Assembly (NCBI GenBank): GCA_026936335.1
Contig: JAPMXV010000025.1
Location: 245,400-309,399, forward strand
Reading direction: 5' to 3'
DNA: 64,000 bases
Source: Mantamonas sphyraenae STR306
Lineage: Eukaryota > Protista > CRuMs
Made by a program: the position numbers and the translations under genes. Positions 59,983-64,000 of the stretch are shown here, one piece after another. How positions within the stretch are numbered: the stretch's first letter is position 1; the number at the start of each line of letters is the position of its first letter. The notes beneath the pieces are model-generated. The model was given only the letters and a program-made list of their open reading frames with translations. It was not told the DNA's origin and ran no database searches.

Positions 59983-62900
59983 TCATTCGAGCCGCTGGCG
60001 TTTGGAGGAGGAGGAGGAGGATGAGGAGGAGGAGGAGGAGGAGGAAGGGTCTTTGCGCTTGGGGAGGGTGAAGGAGGGGATGGGGTAGGCGTTGACGAGT
60101 GCGGTGGTGGTGGGACGTGTGGTGATGTGGGGTGTGATGCGGTCGATGAGTGTGTGGAGGAGGGTGTGCAGTGTGGCGTCGCTGGGTTGGGGGTTGTCGA
60201 CCCAGGCGATCTTGAGGGAGAGGGAGGTGACGCCACGGGTGAGGTTGAGGCTGATGGCCTGTTGAACCTTCTTGTAGGTGAGGTGTGCCCTGAGGAGGCG
60301 GACAAAGAAGGCCAGGTCGACAGGGGGCACGCCAACGTTGCCCAGCGCCAGGATGATGTGTCGCAGCAGGGACAGCTGGCTGCCGTTGTTGATCAGCTCA
60401 CGCAGTGCATGGTGCTCGTGTGCGTGCTGATGGCGAGGGTGCTTGGCTGCGCGTGCCTTCATGTGTGCCAGCAGCGTCTGGAACTCCCGCGCCGTGCAGC
60501 TGCCACGCTCGTCTGCGGTATTGCTCCAGCCACTGCGCACAGACTCAGGATGCCACTCTTCCACCTTGATGGTGGTGAGGTGGTGGTCGTAGTCGCATTG
60601 TGTCCAGTGTGGGTCGCTGTCGTTGTCAGCAGGGCGTCGTGCTTCCTGCAGCCACAGTTGTGTCTTCTTGTGCTCCTTCCAGGTGCTGGGATGGTTCCTG
60701 TCGCCGAGTGTGTCCATCTCTGTCATGAGCAGGTGGAGGAGGGCGTAGTTGGGGTCACCGCGGTCGTGTGGCTCCTCCAACCAACACACCTTCAACCCAG
60801 ACTTTGTCACGCCCATGGCCAGACCAGCGTGGCTGATGGCATCGCTGCACGCCTTTTGATCCATGTCACGGCCGAGGAGGGTGAGACAGAAGGTCATGTC
60901 TCCCTGGGAGAGGAGAATGTTGCCCAGAGCGAGCTGAATCTGTCGGACGAGCGTCAACAGGGTGCCATGGCAGACCACAACACGTGCCTGCAGGGTCATG
61001 AGGTCTGGAATGTCGTCGATGGGATGCTCGTTGGCCAGGGTGTGCATGTGGTTGAGCAGTGCCGTGTGCTCCTTCTTGTTGCTGTGCATGCGCTCGCTTG
61101 TGCGCCAATACGTCCAGCCACTGCGCACAACGCCATCTGGCAGTCCATCCTCCACGGCCATCATCTCCTCCTCTGTTGGTTTGGGAAGAACAAGCTCGGG
61201 GATTTCGAAAGCTGTGACGGCAACGACGGTGGTGGGGCGGGTGCTGATATGAGGTGTGATGCGGTCGATGAGGGTGTGGAGGAGGGTGTGCAGTGTGGCG
61301 TCGCTAGGTTGGGGGTTGTCGAGCCAGGCGATCTTGAGGGAGAGGGAGGTGACGCCGCGGGTGAGAGTGTCGCTGATGGCAGATTGCACCTGCTGGTAGG
61401 TGAGGCGTGGTCTGAGGAGGCGCAAAAAGAAGGCCAGGTCGACAGGCGGCACGCCAACGTTGCCGAGCGCCAGGATGATGTGTCGCAGCAGGGAAGTCTT
61501 GCTGCCGTTGTTGATCAGCTCACGCAGTGCATGGTGCTCGTGTGTGTGCTGATGGCGAGGGTGCTTGGCTGCGCGTGCCTTCATGTGTGCCAGCAGCGTC
61601 TGGAACTCCCGCGCCGTGCAGCTGCCACGCTCGTCGCTGGAAGTACCCTTGCTCCAGCCACTGCGCACAGACTCTGGATGCCACTTCTCCACCTTGGTGG
61701 TAGCGAGGTGGTGGTCGTAGTCGCATTGTGTCCAGTGTGGGTCGCTGTCGTTGTCAGCAGGGCGTCGTGCTTTCTGCAGCCAGAGCTGGGTCTGCTTGTG
61801 CTCCTTCCAGGTGGTGGGATGGGATCTGTCACCGAGAGTGTCCATCTCTGTCATGAGCAGGTGGAGGAGGGCGTAGTTGGGGTCGCCATGGTTGTGTGGC
61901 TCCTCCAGCCAGCACACCTTCAACCCAGCCTTTGTCACACCCATGGCCAGCCCAGCGTTCTTGACGGCGAGGCCGCACGAATTTTGATCCAAGTTACGGC
62001 CGAAAAGGGTGAGGCAGAAGGCCATGTCGCCCTGAGAGAGGGGAATGTTGCCCAGAGCGAGCTGAATCTGTCGGACAAGCGTCAGCAGGGTGCAATGGCA
62101 GACCACAACACGCGCCTGCAGGGTCATGAGGTCAGGGATGTCGTGAATGGGATGCTTGTTGGCCAGAGTGTACATGTGATTCAGCAGTGCCGTGTGCTCC
62201 TTCTTGTTGCTGTGGCTGCGCTCGTCACTGCGCCAGTCCCGCGACCACCCTTTGCGCACAACGCCAACTGGCAACTTGTTCGTCTTGTCCACCCCTGCGT
62301 TCTTCCGTGCGCCGTTGTCTCCGTTCTTGGCCCTCCCTGCCCGTGTGCTCGACGTTCCTGTCTCTGTGCCACTGCCAGGCGTGACCCTGAGCCTGCGCTG
62401 TCCACTGCCTTTCATCTTTTGTGAACCAGCATGTCGACTGGTGTGGCCTCTGCGTTGTTGTGCGTGGCCTCTACCTGTGCGTGTCGGCTGCCATTCGTCC
62501 CTGTCCTCCTGCTCCATGTCATCTGTGTCGTCGTCGCTGTCGTCTTGCGGCATGTACTCCTCATCCATGGCATCACCAGTGTCTGCAAAGCTGAGTGCGC
62601 CCTGAGTTTCCAACTCGTCGTCCACGTGCTGCTGGATTGCGTCGTTTGCCTCGCCGTCTTCGTCGTACGCCTCCATCCATGAGCTGGTCATCCACTCTGA
62701 GTTGCTTGAGATTGACCGTGGTTCACGGTGGCCAAAGTTCAGTACCATCAGGTCCTCCACGTCGCCGGTGTCATGTGTGTGTGTGTCCTGGTCTGCGTCG
62801 TCGTCGTCGCTGTCTCCAGTCTGCTGTGTGGCCTGGTGAGAGGAGGGGGACGATGTGGTGGTCGAAGTGGTCCGTGTGATGCCGACAAAGGCAGGGCTGA

Positions 62901-63572
62901 TGCGTTTGGGGACGCGGTTGTGGTTGGTGGTGGGTTGAGCAGGTGGAGGGTGCAACGGAGTCTGAGCGAAGTGCATCTGGGCGGTTTGTCGCGGCTGAGG
63001 AGGCGGGGGAGGAGGGTAGGCGTAGTATGGGTGGCTCTGATGAGCATATGCGTAGTGCTGCTGGGGGTGGGAGCCGACGCGGACCCAGATGATGGGTGGT
63101 TGTGGGTGCTGGTACGGGTTTTGTACGCCAGAGGCGGGCAGCATGTTCGGAAACGGCTGGGCAGCCATGGGAGGGACCATGTACCCGTAGCTGTGTGGGA
63201 GACGCGGAGGGGGAGGGTGGGATTGGAAAGGTGAGCGGAAGGCGGAATGGACGCCGTCAGGGCAGAAGCGGGGGTGAAGGGAGGCTGGAACGAGCAGAGA
63301 GGGAAAACCGAGGAGATTGGCAGACGGGGAAACTGGCAACAGGGAGGGCAGTGACAGGGGGAGGGGATCAGAGAAGAGCGAAAAAGGCAGCCATGGTGGT
63401 GATGGGGAAGTGGAGATGCAGGGGAGGAGTGCAGGGAGGCGACAGAGGCAGGGAGGAGGCAAGGAAGCGGAACAAGCGGGCAGTCAGAAAACGGAGTGGA
63501 AGGCAGAACGCACGCTGGGTAGGTGTTGGGTGTGTGTTGTTGCTTCGGAGTGCTTGAGTAGTCTTTGTCCAT
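59983..63572 (-). CDS. Telomere-adjacent hypothetical protein with internally duplicated novel domains; 1 intron
   Basis: Exon 63572-63514, intron 63513-63191; two ~375-aa copies, each with two related sub-domains; C-terminal NLS-like KRQRLE. Confidence 0.75.
60100..62272. repeat. ~1.05-kb diverged direct repeat (~60100-61142 and ~61225-62272)
   Basis: Long matching blocks at an offset of ~1122-1128 bp. Confidence 0.9.
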
Positions 63573-63849
63573 GGTGGTGGTGGTGGTACTGGGGTGTATG
63601 TGGATTGTGTTGGACAGGTGGAGGGAGCTGTGGGTGTTGGTGATATTTTGGTTGAAGGCTGATGGGCAGTGCTGACTGCGCGGCGTTGCAGGACGACGGC
63701 CACTCACCAGCGAGATTTCCACTCCCACCAATTGCCCACTGCCCCATGTCACCACCCAACTCAGCCACCCCGCCTACACTCACAAGCACGACTCACACGA
63801 CATAGACCGGACTCACATGATCACGACAACCCTAAGTGTCAAATAGACG

Positions 63850-64000
63850 TAGGGTTAGGGTTAGGGTTAGGGTTAGGGTTAGGGTTAGGGTTAGGGTTAG
63901 GGTTAGGGTTAGGGTTAGGGTTAGGGTTAGGGTTAGGGTTAGGGTTAGGGTTAGGGTTAGGGTTAGGGTTAGGGTTAGGGTTAGGGTTAGGGTTAGGGTT
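63850..64000 (+). repeat. Telomere (TTAGGG)n
   Basis: Perfect TTAGGG array to the end of the window. Confidence 0.99.

Overview
This is the gene-dense, GC-rich right-hand end of a chromosome from a flagellated unicellular eukaryote. Evidence: short GT-AG introns with CTGAC/CTCAC branch sites, an IFT122 gene, and a (TTAGGG)n telomere from 63850. About 25 protein genes lie mostly in very tight head-to-head pairs. Recognisable ones are eIF4A, SMIM8-like, VPS13, FAD amino-acid oxidase, mS35, IFT122, bacterial-type GSI-beta, metaxin, FAM192A-like, a truncated alpha-adaptin, USP, a GR-like 7TM protein, EamA and a PSI-repeat receptor. A subtelomeric cluster holds LRR-ankyrin-(F-box-like) genes and a novel repeat-domain family. 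The standout is a giant (~1,900 aa), intron-containing Fanzor/TnpB-like RNA-guided nuclease gene (minus strand, 316-6251) with an intact D-E-D RuvC and zinc finger. It is followed by a strongly base-paired ~120-nt omegaRNA-like structure. The unit is bracketed by imperfect terminal inverted repeats and an 11-bp direct repeat, and appears to be inserted in a bidirectional promoter. Several genes have single-base frameshifts in homopolymers or microsatellites, probably assembly errors. All family calls are from motif recognition by eye, not database searches.
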